Below are positions 12,511 through 24,750 of a stretch of DNA of 64,000 nucleotides, one piece after another. The stretch's first letter is position 1, and the number at the start of each line of letters is the position of its first letter. Source of the stretch: the human T2T-CHM13v2.0 reference genome, Homo sapiens. The stretch lies in the NCBI RefSeq assembly GCF_009914755.1, contig NC_060926.1, one strand, 5' to 3'. Position numbers and translations under genes: made by a program. The notes beneath the pieces were generated by a model. That model saw only the letters and a program-made list of their open reading frames with translations. It was not told where the DNA came from and did not search any database.

Positions 12511-13816
12511 GCATGGGTGGAGGCAGAAGCATTTTCCTAGCCTGCAGAAGAAAGCACTCTGGGGGATTTAAAACATGGACTCTCTCTTTATTTTGGTCTG
12601 AGGCACACACTGTAAACACCGGAGCAATACTTAGTAAGAAGGTTCCAGGCCTCCATAACCATGTTATGTAGTATTGATGGAGAAGGTTTCAAGAACTCTC
12701 CTCCTAATCCAGTCCCCCAACATGCTCTTTTCTTAGCCAGGAACTTAAGTAAACAATGGCATAGTCCTGGAAAGTCCTATGGGTTTTATTTCTTCACTGT
12801 GGATCTGCCATATGTTCATCTGTATTCAGATGCTTGAACATAATTTTCTGACTAACTATGAGCTCCCAACTAAAATTTCCAACATAAGGAGACTAAGAGA
12901 TTATCTGACCCCATGCTCTCATGTGATCGGTAAGGAACATGGACTTATCAGAAGCAACTAGCAGGAAAGCCACTCAGCTGATTGATACGTTCTGTCTAGT
13001 GTCTTAACTCCAAATCCAAGGCTTTGTCCTACACACCACATTGGTTTCCCGCCACATAAACAACTTTCGGTGTGGGAAATCTGATTTCATTCTCCCTTGC
13101 TGTATCTAAAGTTCCCTGCACTTAACCGCCTCTTCGGTGAGTAAGGAATAACATAGACCCTTGCCATAGAGTGAGGGCCTTTGAGATCATCTAACTCCAG
13201 TACAAAGTTGATGTTATGTGGTTTGTCAGTCTCTGATTAGACACTTTCAGATATGGGAAACTTACTACTTCGTTTCAGACAGCTCTAGAAATTCCTTGAG
13301 ATGAATTAGAAATTCATCTCAGATTAGAGATTCCTTGAAATGAACCCCAAAACATGCCAGGCTTTTGAGGGCAGAGGTTGTTTTGTTTGTTTGTTTTTTT
13401 AAGTCACTCAGCTTGAGCCAGTGCTGAGGGCCTTTGATCCTCCAAAGTCTCTGTAATGATTAAGGTGGTTACATTGGTTCAGATGGCACCTCCTTTCTCC
13501 TGGGGATCACACCAGAGCAGAACTGGCTTCTGGATGGTGGAGCTTGGTTCCCCACTCAGAGGATGCTAAAATTGCCCGGTCTTTTGGGCAGCAGGACTTG
13601 AGAGTGACAAGGGGCAGTAACTCCAGTTTCAAAGAATCTACACAGCATTTGAATTGAAGAGCCCAGATTCTAGCAGTAAGAGAGAGCATCTGCTTCTTTG
13701 CAAGGAGCAGGTAAGGTGGCAGCTAGGCCACAGTCGGGGCCTGCTCAGGGCTGCTCCATCCTGCATGCTGAAAGCTGCCCCTGCTGCTGGCTGCTGGCCC
13801 CTAAGGGAGCACTGCC

Positions 13817-13995
13817 GCAGGAGAGGAAGTGGAAGCGCACCAGAGGAGAGGAAGTGCACGGCCAGAGAGGAAGCGCAAGGCGGGAGAGGAAACGCAAGGC
13901 GGGAGAGGAAACGCAAGGCAGGAGAGGAAGTGCAAGGCAGGAGAGGAAGCGCAAGGCAGGAGAGGAAGCCACAGCAGGAGAAGAAGCACACAGCA
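13817..13995 (+). repeat. Minisatellite, 19-bp unit (GGCRGGAGAGGAARYGCAA), ~8-9 copies
   Basis: Visible tandem units with a 19-nt period; inner copies are near-identical and outer copies are degenerate. Confidence 0.9.
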
Positions 13996-14357
13996 GGGCT
14001 GTGAGTTGTATGGCCTTTTACAGCCCTTCCACCCAGAGGATTCCTTTTGGGTACCACTCTCCCACTCCTTAAAAAAACTCCACTGGCGGCCATGCATAGA
14101 TGAGATTCTAAATACTTTCGGGCTACCTTTCTGGAGGTCAGAAAACATGGTCATATAGCCCAAGCCTTGTAAGTCTGCATGGGCTACTGAATTTCCATGG
14201 ATATTTTGTTTTTGTAGGCCTAAACAAGAAGACTAAAGTTAGAAAGATAGTTGGGCTCGGGGGGCTCAGCATTCTACAGGCTTGTATGACTAAAGAAACC
14301 ACTTCCACCCACTCCATCCCCTTCCCAGTCAGGAGAAATTCCTGGTCGATGAGTTAG

Positions 14358-14687
<330 letters not shown>

Positions 14688-15185
14688 TGTTATTTTTAAC
14701 AATAAGTAACTGCTACCAAATATTGAGTGATTACTGTAACGCCAGGCATGCCTATTTCATTTAATCCTCCAAAGTGCCTGTGAAATAGGTAGCAATTGTC
14801 ATGTTAGAAGTGACAAAGACAAGATTTAGAGATGTCAGTAATTTGCCTACAATTACTAGCTGATGAGTGTGGGGCCAGAATTATAATCTAGGCATTGTGA
14901 CAGTGGAGTCCAGTGTCTTACTGTTTATAGTATGCTTGTGACATGTTGTGAAAAATACACGTATATGTATTTGCATAGATTCATAAAATTCACATTACAC
15001 ATCCATAAAATCACAGAGAAGCAATTCTATCTTGATATCTATTTCTCTCCCTCTCCCTGTATCTGTATCATTAATATCAATACCTATATGTATACCAACC
15101 TATATCTAAATTGATTTGCATCTTCCCATCCAGCAAGATCTTGCTTTGCAAATGAAGTTGCCTTCTTACTGTTTAAGACTGGTGG

Positions 15186-15481
15186 GGCCGGGCGCGGTGG
15201 CTCACGCCTGTAATCCCAGCACTTTGGGAGGCCGAGGCGGGTGGATCATGAGGTCAGGAGATCGAGACCATCCTGGCTAACAAGGTGAAACCCCGTCTCT
15301 ACTAAAAATACAAAAAATTAGCCGGGCGCGGTGGCGGGCGCCTGTAGTCCCAGCTACTGGGGAGGCTGAGGCAGGAGAATGGCGTTGAACCCGGGAAGCG
15401 GAGCTTGCAGTGAGCCGAGATTGCGCCACTGCAGTCCGCAGTCCAGCCTGGGCGACAGAGCGAGACTCCGTCTCAAAAAAA
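15186..15481 (+). mobile_element. AluYb lineage element with Yb11-type diagnostics
   Basis: 7-bp duplication gcagtcc-gcagtcc (15431-15444), 'ggatcatgagg', 'ctaacaagg', 'gggaagcgg'. CpGs are intact. Perfect TSD aagactggtgg (15175-15185 / 15482-15492). Confidence 0.95.
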
Positions 15482-16149
15482 AAGACTGGTGGAAGTCATT
15501 GGTTCCAGAACTAAGAAAGGGAGGAAGTGTGTGGGGCCAAGGTAGCATGGCAGTAGTAAAGAGTGAGCACATCACCTTAGAGTCTCAAAAATACCATTTG
15601 AGGCCAATTTTGATACTTAGAATATACTATGCTTCTAAATAACATACTGCCTTCTTAAATTAACAAATACTGTAAAAATTTCAGAGAATAATAAAGTCAT
15701 GTTCTATGAATCCACCACCCAGGTAGCACTTGTTGTTATTTTCAGCAAGAAAAATCAAAAGAATGCATGCACATGGTTAAAAAGTAAAAACATGAGAGCA
15801 GAGGGAAGAAAATAAAAAGTAAAAGCTCCTTCTCACCCCCATTTCATCTTCAGATCCTCTCTCCAAAGACAACTGCCAATAAAGCATTTCTTCTGTCTTT
15901 TGTACAAACAAGTTTACACTCCGAGAACTATGCCACTTGTGTCTCCCTTTGTTATTGGTATATACTATTTCATGGATACCTAAACCCCTATAGTGCATCT
16001 GGACCTGATTCAAAGGTTTTGATGGACAACCAGTGCTATTATTAATGAAATATTGATAATAAAAACTCACCTTTATTAGGCATTAATTATGTGCCACTCA
16101 CTCATCTAAGCACTTTATATGTATTTATTCATTTAATTCTCACAAAGTT

Positions 16150-16596
16150 CACATTTGGTATTCGGTTGGGTACCTCGCTTTGCCCACCATCTCCCCAATC
16201 CACTGTGCACCTGACCTGCAGGAAGAGCAGCAGCAGCAGCTCTGTTGTCTCTGGCTTCCATGTGGGGTCAGCCCATGGGTGGCACGGAGGGTGGAGAGCA
16301 AAGTTGGTTGTTTGGCCTCTCACCTGCTGTTGCTCCCTTTGTGGGCCAGCTCCTGTCAGATGGTCCATCACACACAGCTCTCTCCCTGCATTTCAGAAAC
16401 CATCTCCTTCTCTCACTAATACCAGGCTGAGGAGTGGCAATGACCCTCCACTCCCACCAGCCAGGAGCACGGCATTGTCCCTTCTGGCCTCTTTCACCCT
16501 GTCTGTGTCATTGTAAATAGGCCTTTTTTCTTAAACTCTCTCTAAATCACTCAATTCAAGAGTGTACCTTGTTTTCTGCTAGGATGCTGATTGATA
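16150..16596 (+). mobile_element. Old ERVL solo LTR (LTR40/41-like)
   Basis: 'ctctggcttccatgtggggtcagcccatggg...tgtaaataggcc...ttaaactctc...tgttttctgctaggatgctgattgata'. Boundaries are approximate. Confidence 0.55.
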
Positions 16597-16959
16597 GGAA
16601 TATGTGCAATTGACCCCCATGACATCACTGAGAAATTGGAGGCACACAGCCCATGGTGGGCATAGGACCCAACCGATGAATTTGCTCCCCAGAGACTGTG
16701 CTCTCATCCCTGCACTCCCTCATCTCTACAAGGTCACCCATCTTAGGGATACACCTCTAGGTCTATTCATATGACACCTCAGTGGCTCTTAGGGCTTTGC
16801 CAATACAAATAGTGTTTCTGTAAATATCTTTATATGTCTTCTTGGTAAATATATGGAATTATATCTATCGAGCATATTCTTAGCAATGCCTAGTCAATGT
16901 GTATATACAATTTTTAATTTGAGGGGATATTGTCAAATTGCTATAGTAGTTAGTCAAAT

Positions 16960-17430
16960 TAAATGTACTTGTATACTATGACCTGGTAATTCTACTCTAA
17001 GTAGATAGATTTAGATATAGTGATAAGGATATAGACATATCAAAGAAATGCTCACACATATCCATAAAGGGATATGTACAAGAGTGTTCATTATAGTTTT
17101 GTTTTGTTATTTTATTTGTACTGTCTTTGTTTGGAGCAGCGGTGAGAAGTTGGTGTTGGTGATAGATCCTCATTGGGAGGGTTCTTAGGTAAACCGTGGT
17201 GGATGTTCACCATGGGATTTTGTGCAGCAGTTTGAAGCAAATGTATGCATAATGATATTGTAAATATAGTGCTGAGTGAAAAAAATAAGATGTATGCCAT
17301 AATGCTACTTTTGTACATTAAAAAAAAAAATCCACAAGAAACACTATCTCACATTTTGCAAAAATACATGCAAAATGACACCCATTAAACAAACAGGGAG
17401 GGATTGCCTAGGAGAGGTGGGTAGACGGGT
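16960..17430 (+). mobile_element. Decayed L1ME 3' region
   Basis: 'tatgacctggtaattctactctaagta...gaaatgctcacacatat...atgtacaagagtgttcatt' is an L1M ORF2-end/3'UTR motif. Confidence 0.6.
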
Positions 17431-19134
17431 ATAAAGAGGAATGACTCAATCAATCAAGCAGCGGAGGGGAGAAGGGGGACATGATAGAGAATATTGTCAC
17501 ATTTCCTTCCAGAAAGGTCATGCCATTTACATTACTCCCTACAATGTAAGAGAGTGGCCATTTTTTCCATAATATTTCCAATGGTGAATATTATGAAACT
17601 TGCAAAAAAATTTCCGCAAGCTAATGGCTGGTATCAGACTGAATATTTTTTCCAGTCTGATGATTTGATTTGTGTTTTTCCATTGTGAGTGGAGTCAAAC
17701 CATTTGAATGTCTTTTTCTGTAACTCAGAATACTTTGCATTATTGGAAATGTCCCATGCACTTCAAGGGGTTGGCAGATCCACCAGGGCAGTCAGACAAA
17801 CAGGTCTTCTGCCATCCTCAGGCACAAAGGAGGCCACGTGTCCAGTGGACACACAATCCATGAGTATGAGTGCCATGGTTATCCCCAAACCTCTCTTTAG
17901 TTCTGACAGCACCAGTGTCTTGGTGACTTCACGACCTCTCCAGACCAGAAGGCCATCTGTGCTTGGTTGGCAACCCCAGCTGCATGATCAGATTATTTCA
18001 AACTCTGTTTCAAATTCACTCGCACTAAATGCACCAAAAAAAGCACTGCTCTTTCTGTGCTGAGCTATTTAATGTTGTGGGGCTGTTTCCATGAGCCCTT
18101 TTTGTTTAGCTGGACTTTTTTTTTTTTTTTTAACCCTCCCCCCTTCCACCCCTCCTTTTTCTTTTCTTTTTTTTTTTTTCTTTCTTAAATGTTCTTTTCT
18201 TGGAAGAAGTTGTTCCTTTGCCAAACATAAATGAAACTTTGGCTCCAAGATCAGCTCAAAATTTACTAGCTGATAAATTGGAAGTAGGGAGTGCATTGTG
18301 AAGGTGGGAGGAGAAGGGAGAGGGGGAGGGAGGTTTTCATTTGGGGGGCAAGTTCAAACTTGGAATCAGAAGCTATTAAAGTGTCTGATGTGTGCTGAGT
18401 CATATGGAGGTGGGGGCAGGGGATGACGCTGGCTCCTTGCCAGACACACGTACTGCCCAGGTTGATGAACGAGCCTCCAAAGGCACTACAACAGGATTAT
18501 AATTTCACTAGCATTTTAAACATAATATTAGAAGCCACGTGCATGACACCGAGCAAGCAATCAGCATGGGCCTCTTGTGTTTATGAGACTGGTCTTGGAG
18601 TATACATCTTTTTAAACTCCATATTCCCACTCAGCTCTACCCCTTTCCCCTACTCTCCCCTCCCTCCTCCAACTGAGTCTCTCTAGAAGCTCCCTGGCTC
18701 CCCATTCAACCAGGGGTTCTATGGAGCCATGGAGAAGACACCAGCGCTGAGAGGAGAAGCTTTCCTATAAAGACAGTGATGATGGTGATATTCACTCATT
18801 TAATATTGAAAGGAATCCTATAAAGTAGATAATGTTATCCCCATTTTTACAGATAAGGAAAATAAAGCACAAAGACAAAGCTAGTAAGTGCAGAGCTGGG
18901 ATGTGAATCTAGGATTTCTGCATTCCTAGCCTCTCTAACCTCTGCCCCTCATTCAAGTGCCTTCGTCTCACCATCCTGCATTTCCCACAGGATGGTTTCT
19001 GACCTTGGCACATGCTGTTCTCTTATAAGATAGAGAAAGGCAGTAAAGGGTAGAGACTTCCAGGTGTTCAGCCCCCTCCATTACACTTCCTTGCTCAAAT
19101 CTTAGTGCAAAATCCGTCCTAATATTCATCACTC

Positions 19135-19470
19135 CTTTTTTCTTCCAAAGTTTTATTATGGAAAATTTCAACCACACGGAAAGTTGAAAGAACAGCACAG
19201 TGAACATCCATGTACTCACCATCTCTTTACCTTCTTCCCTCCCTCCCCTCCCTCCTCCAGTTGAGTCTCTCCAGAAGCCCCCGATTCAACAAGGGGTTAC
19301 AAAGAGCCATGGAGAAGACAATGAAGGGTTCTACAATTAAGATTTTGCTCTATTTTTTCCATCATATCTATGCATCTCTCCATACCTTTATTCCTCTACC
19401 CAATCCATCTATTTTTTTATGCATTTCAAAGTACATTGCAGACATTAGTACATGACACCTCTAATCAGTT
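19135..19470 (-). mobile_element. L1M 3' end remnant interrupted by a local duplication
   Basis: 'ttttattatggaaaatttcaaccacac...gtgaacatccatgtactcacca' continues as 'ttctacaattaagattttgct' after a ~105-bp non-L1 insert. Confidence 0.7.
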
Positions 19471-21379
19471 TTATATTCCTTTCCTTTTTACTTTATACGA
19501 AATAAAAATCACAGTTAACAATTATCAAGTGCTTACTGTCAGGCACTGTGCCAAGCACTTTCCTTGCATTACATAATTTGAATCTCATGGTAACCCTATA
19601 AGTACAGTTACCACCTTCATTTTACAAATGAGAAGAACTGAAACAGAGAACAATGGTGTCAATTAACATTTTAAAAGTCTTTCTATGGGCCATTCACAGT
19701 GCAAGTACTTTTCATGCATTATCTCAGTTAATCCCTTATAGCAATTTCATAAAGGCAATACTATTACAGATGACAAAATTGAGACTTTGAGAAAAAGATC
19801 CTGCAACCTAATAAGCATCAGAACCTGGGTTTGAATTGAGGGAGTCTGACTCCACTATGCTTGGCTTCGCCATTGGTTAGCCACCCTATTGTAGCATTTG
19901 TCTTTGCTATTGTGTTTTAGCTTTTTGGGTCCACTTATGTTTCTCACCAGACTGTGGTCTCTCAAGTTCGAGTCATGTTTTAGTCTTCTTAGTTCCAGGC
20001 CATCATTCAGATACAAGTAGGCACTTCATAGATGTTTCCTGAATGGATTCACAAACAATGAATAGTAATAGCTGAAAGCCTTACATCTTAGAACGAAGTA
20101 AAACAGTGACCATTCTAGAAAATGCAATGAAAATCTTGAAAACTGATGATAGGTCCTGTTGATAATTTCCTGAGGTTTTCTTTACACCAACAGGATTTCC
20201 TGAGTAACCTGGAGATGCGAGAGACAGCCTGGGGGAGTTCAGTGCTCTTGCCAGCCCAGGCAGGAGCACACGCCCATACCCTTTGGCTCACCAGGCATCT
20301 TTTATAAGCCCACTGTGTGGCAAACACCAGGCTAAGGGATGGGGAGGACACAGAGGCTAAACCTGCAAGGCCCCATCTTACGGAGCACATAGGCTAACAG
20401 GGCATAGGAAGAGACTAGCACATTCATAACCATGACAAAAGTCATGATGGGCACTTCACAAGAAAGAGACAAACCCAGTTTTTAAAGCAATTCCAAGGAA
20501 GGAGAAATTAGATTATGGTGTAGAGAAGAGGCTCAGCGACACCCTGTTGGGGAAATTTTATTTGGGATGGGCACAATTTTCAATAATAGAAATGTGGCAG
20601 GGAGTAAATGAGCAAAGATGGGAAAATGCAGTCCCATGATGCTCCAGTTGTCAAGAACATCGAAAACAGACCCACAAGGCCAAGTTACCCACTGTGGAGT
20701 AAGAAAACAGACAACACTAAGGCCAAATTCATGCACTATGTATGTTTTTACCCAGAGCAGCGCTATGGAAGAAGCAGTGACTATAACCTCACTCACAGGT
20801 TGAAGCTCATTCAAGGTGCCTGCAGCAATGGATACCAAGGCTCTCCTGGGTGGTGCCACAATGCAGCAAAAGGCACACTATGGGAGAAGAGCTTGAAGGA
20901 CCACACAGATGGAGTGTCCCAGTCACCTAGACACATGCTATGCAGTGCTCACAGTTCTTTATATTATCTCATTTAACCCCTATTAACAACAGATCCCAGA
21001 GCTGTTATTGGCCCCAGTGTTTCAAATGAGAAAACTGAGGCAATGAAAGCTATGAAAGCTTAATGACTCAGTCAAGGTCACATGGCCTGGAAGAAGAGAA
21101 ATCATTGCCTCCAAATCTAATTTTCTTGGTGTTGTCTCATTAATGCATAGGAAGATCAGGGCTTTGGAAATGAGTGTCATGCTACAGAGATAATGCTTCC
21201 CCCCCCCACCCCCGCCCAAATCTGGGTACTTCACAGTGAGTCTATGAGTTATTAACTGCCTCTACTAGAGTTAATGAATTAAAAAAAAAAAACTATGACT
21301 TTTGAGAAATTAGTCAAGTCTGCCATTGGGATAAACTAGATGCTTATTTCATTTACTCAGGAGCACCTTTCGCTACAGC

Positions 21380-21590
21380 TTTGTGATTGCGAGCTCGGCC
21401 TCTGGAATCAAACTGCCTGGGTTTGAATCCCAGCTTACACTTACTGGCTGTGTGCCTTTGGGTATGTAACTTAGCTTCTCTGTGCTTCAGTTTCCTTATT
21501 TGCAAAATAAAGAGAATAATCGTATCTACATATGCAATTAGTAAACTTTCAATCGTGTTTGGTACATATTAACTGTCTGACAAAAGTAGC
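21380..21590 (+). mobile_element. MIR
   Basis: MIR core: 'ctgcctgggtttgaatcccagctt...acttactggctgtgtgcctttggg...tctgtgcttcagtttccttatttgcaaaat'. Confidence 0.85.
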
Positions 21591-21725
21591 TTGATTTGTC
21601 ATTTGTATCCCATTATATCACTTTTTTGTTGGGTGCCTTTGGGTTTCAGAGAATGGAGACCTGCTTGGATTACCTCAGATGCTGGGGGCTTATTACAAAG
21701 ATACATGGCATAAAAGAAGACCAGG

Positions 21726-22087
<362 letters not shown>

Positions 22088-22299
22088 TTATCTTTTCAGC
22101 TGTTGCATGCATAAATTGCCATATTGCCAAACTAGTGTTTGTCCGCTTGTCTGCAAAGTAAGAATCCTTTACTCCTGTTACTCATTTTTCCTCCCTCTCT
22201 TCTTTTCTTCCTTTTGTTTGTTGCAGAAGGTTGAGTAAATTGCACTCCTCAGTCCATGGCCCATTATTTATCTTGTTTGCTTATTTATTTCATCTCTAT

Positions 22300-22850
22300 T
22301 CCTTCATCCTAGTTTTTCTTCCTCCCTCCCTTAGGCAAACACTCTTATTTGTGTTTAATTTAGATCCTTTGGTTTGTATGTATTCTTAGAAAACATTCAT
22401 TTTTTTAATCCATGTATTTTTAATTTAAAAAAAATGGTACTTTGCTATATATCTCTTTTTGTTCCTTACTTTTTTCACCCAGCACTGTTTATCAATTCAT
22501 CTGTGTTATTAGATGCTCAGCCAGGCTGTTCATGCTCACTGTTGCTTCATTCTCCATGATGTATACTCACCATATGCTGCCTACCTAATCTGCATTGATG
22601 GATTTCCAGATTGCCGCCAACTTCCTGTCACCACAAACAACACTATAATGAACATCTTCAAAGATATCTCCTTATGGATCCGGGTGAGATATCCTTGGAA
22701 ATACATGTAGGGTCCATTTTAATTTGACTAAGTTGTGTCAGATTGCTCACCAGAAAGCCTGTTCCTGGAGACACTCCCAGCAGCAGTACACAAGTTCCCA
22801 CACCCACACCAACCCTTTGGCATGCTGCAATTCTCCAACCTTGCAGCCAT
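22300..22850 (-). mobile_element. Decayed L1ME 3' region
   Basis: 'tactttttt cacccagcactg...acaaacaacactataatgaacatc...cactcccagcagcagtacacaagttccca', antisense L1M 3' motifs. Confidence 0.6.
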
Positions 22851-23129
22851 TGCTTCTCCATCGTTCTCCTCTTTCCACAATCTTGCTGCTTCCTCGGGCT
22901 GTTTCTGCTCTCACTGCCCACCTACCCCACCCTGCTGCTACCTGTCCTCACTTTTTTCTCTGGCCTCCCCTACACCCCATGTGGTTCCTTCATATTCATG
23001 GCTTCTGCTTTTTGAATAAACATGTTTGAATATTTTCTAGTATTCTTTTTTCCTCCTTGTCTTTCTCTTTGACCTTCAAACACTCTAATTGGGCTCCTTA
23101 GTTGCTACCCAGTCTAGCAACATCTGTGA

Positions 23130-23438
<309 letters not shown>

Positions 23439-23757
23439 GAGGTGAAGTTCTTTTTTTGGGCCACTTCTTATGACTGCTGTGGATCAGCTCAGATGTCTAC
23501 CCCTGGCCCAACAGATGTCTCCAGGGTGTTGAAGGTCACCGGTCTAAACTCTATTGACCCCTGGGGAAGGAGTATCTGTTACAGGCTCTTTCCATAGAAG
23601 GGGGCTATGGCTATGGCAGGCATTCAGAGTTCTATGAACTGCTCAGTATACACATTCATTTGGTATTTTGTTAAATTCACCATTTACCAATTTTGATGTG
23701 AAGTGGCCACAGTTACACAAGAAAAACACCAACCTTGAAAATTATTTTATACATAAA

Positions 23758-24305
23758 TGTTACCAGAAAGGGGTCCCAATCCATACCCCAAGAGAGGTTT
23801 CTTGGATCTCATGCAAGAAAGAATTCAGGGCGAGTCCATAAAGTGAAAGTGAGTTTATTGGGAAAGTAAAGGAATAAAGAATGGCTACTCCATAAACAAA
23901 GCAGCCCCGAGGGTGGCTGGTTGCCCATTTTTATTGTTATTTCTTGATGATATGCTAAACAAGGGGTGGATTATTCATGCCTCCCCTTTTTAGACCATAT
24001 AGGATAACTTCCTGACGTTGCCATGGCATTTGTAAACTGTCATGGCGCTGGTGGGAGTGTAGCAGTGAGGACGACCAGAGGTCAATATCGTGGCCATCTT
24101 GATTTTGGTGGGCTTTAGCCAGCCTCTTTATTGGAAGCTGTTTTATTAGCAAGGTCTTTATGACTTGTATCTTGTGCCAACCTCCTATCTCATCCTGAGA
24201 CTTAGAATGCCTTAACTGTCTGGGAATGCATCCCAGTAGGTCTCAGCCTCATTTTACCCAGCTCCTATTCAAGATGGAGTTGCTGTGGTTCAAAAGCCTC
24301 TGATA
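23758..24305 (-). mobile_element. MER41 solo LTR (MER41A-type, ERV1)
   Basis: Ends are 'tgttaccagaaaggggtcccaatcc' and 'caagatggagttgctgtggttcaaaagcctctgata'; 4-bp TSD taaa. It lacks the GAS-bearing segment of MER41B. Confidence 0.88.
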
Positions 24306-24429
24306 TAAACACAGTGGGAAATCACCTATTCCTTGCCCATTGTTAATCTTGAGCCCCTGTTTTCCTCCTTACAGTACTTCCTCCACACGGTATTGGGGAA
24401 ATTATGTCTTAATCCAGAGAATATGTTGT

Positions 24430-24750
24430 TCCCCTTGCCTGGAATATTCTTTCCTAACTCCCTTTTGCCCTGACTAAAGTGACCCCATTCTTCTGACATT
24501 AAATTTCACTCTGGTAAGATCTTCACTGACCTCTACTCTAGGATAGGTTCTCCTACTGAATGTCCCCATCTCCTATCCTCACACACAATACACTTTATTA
24601 TAATTAAATGTCATCCTGTCCTGCAAGATATGAGTTACCTGAGTATATAATTGCACCTGTTCCTTTCACTACTGCATTTCTACCGTTCAGCAAAGTACTT
24701 TGCATCTAGTATGTGCCCAAAAAATCTGTGGCTGTCTTTGTTGAATGACA
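24430..24750 (+). mobile_element. L2 3' remnant
   Basis: 'ttccccttgcctggaatattctttcc...tagtatgtgcccaaaaaatctgtgg...ttgaatga'. Confidence 0.6.

Noticed and set aside
13817-13995. Repeat array considered as CRISPR-like
   Set aside because: The units are head-to-tail with no unique spacers, the context is primate DNA, and there are no cas genes.
13638-14163. Arg/Lys-rich ORFs resembling protamine or NLS proteins
   Set aside because: Explained by a stop-free 19-bp minisatellite; the same peptide words recur in all frames.
22195-22240. Strong acceptor followed by AAG|GTTGAG, a possible 3-nt microexon, with upstream TGCATG motifs
   Set aside because: The donor is poor and no host gene is evident; pyrimidine tracts like this are common.
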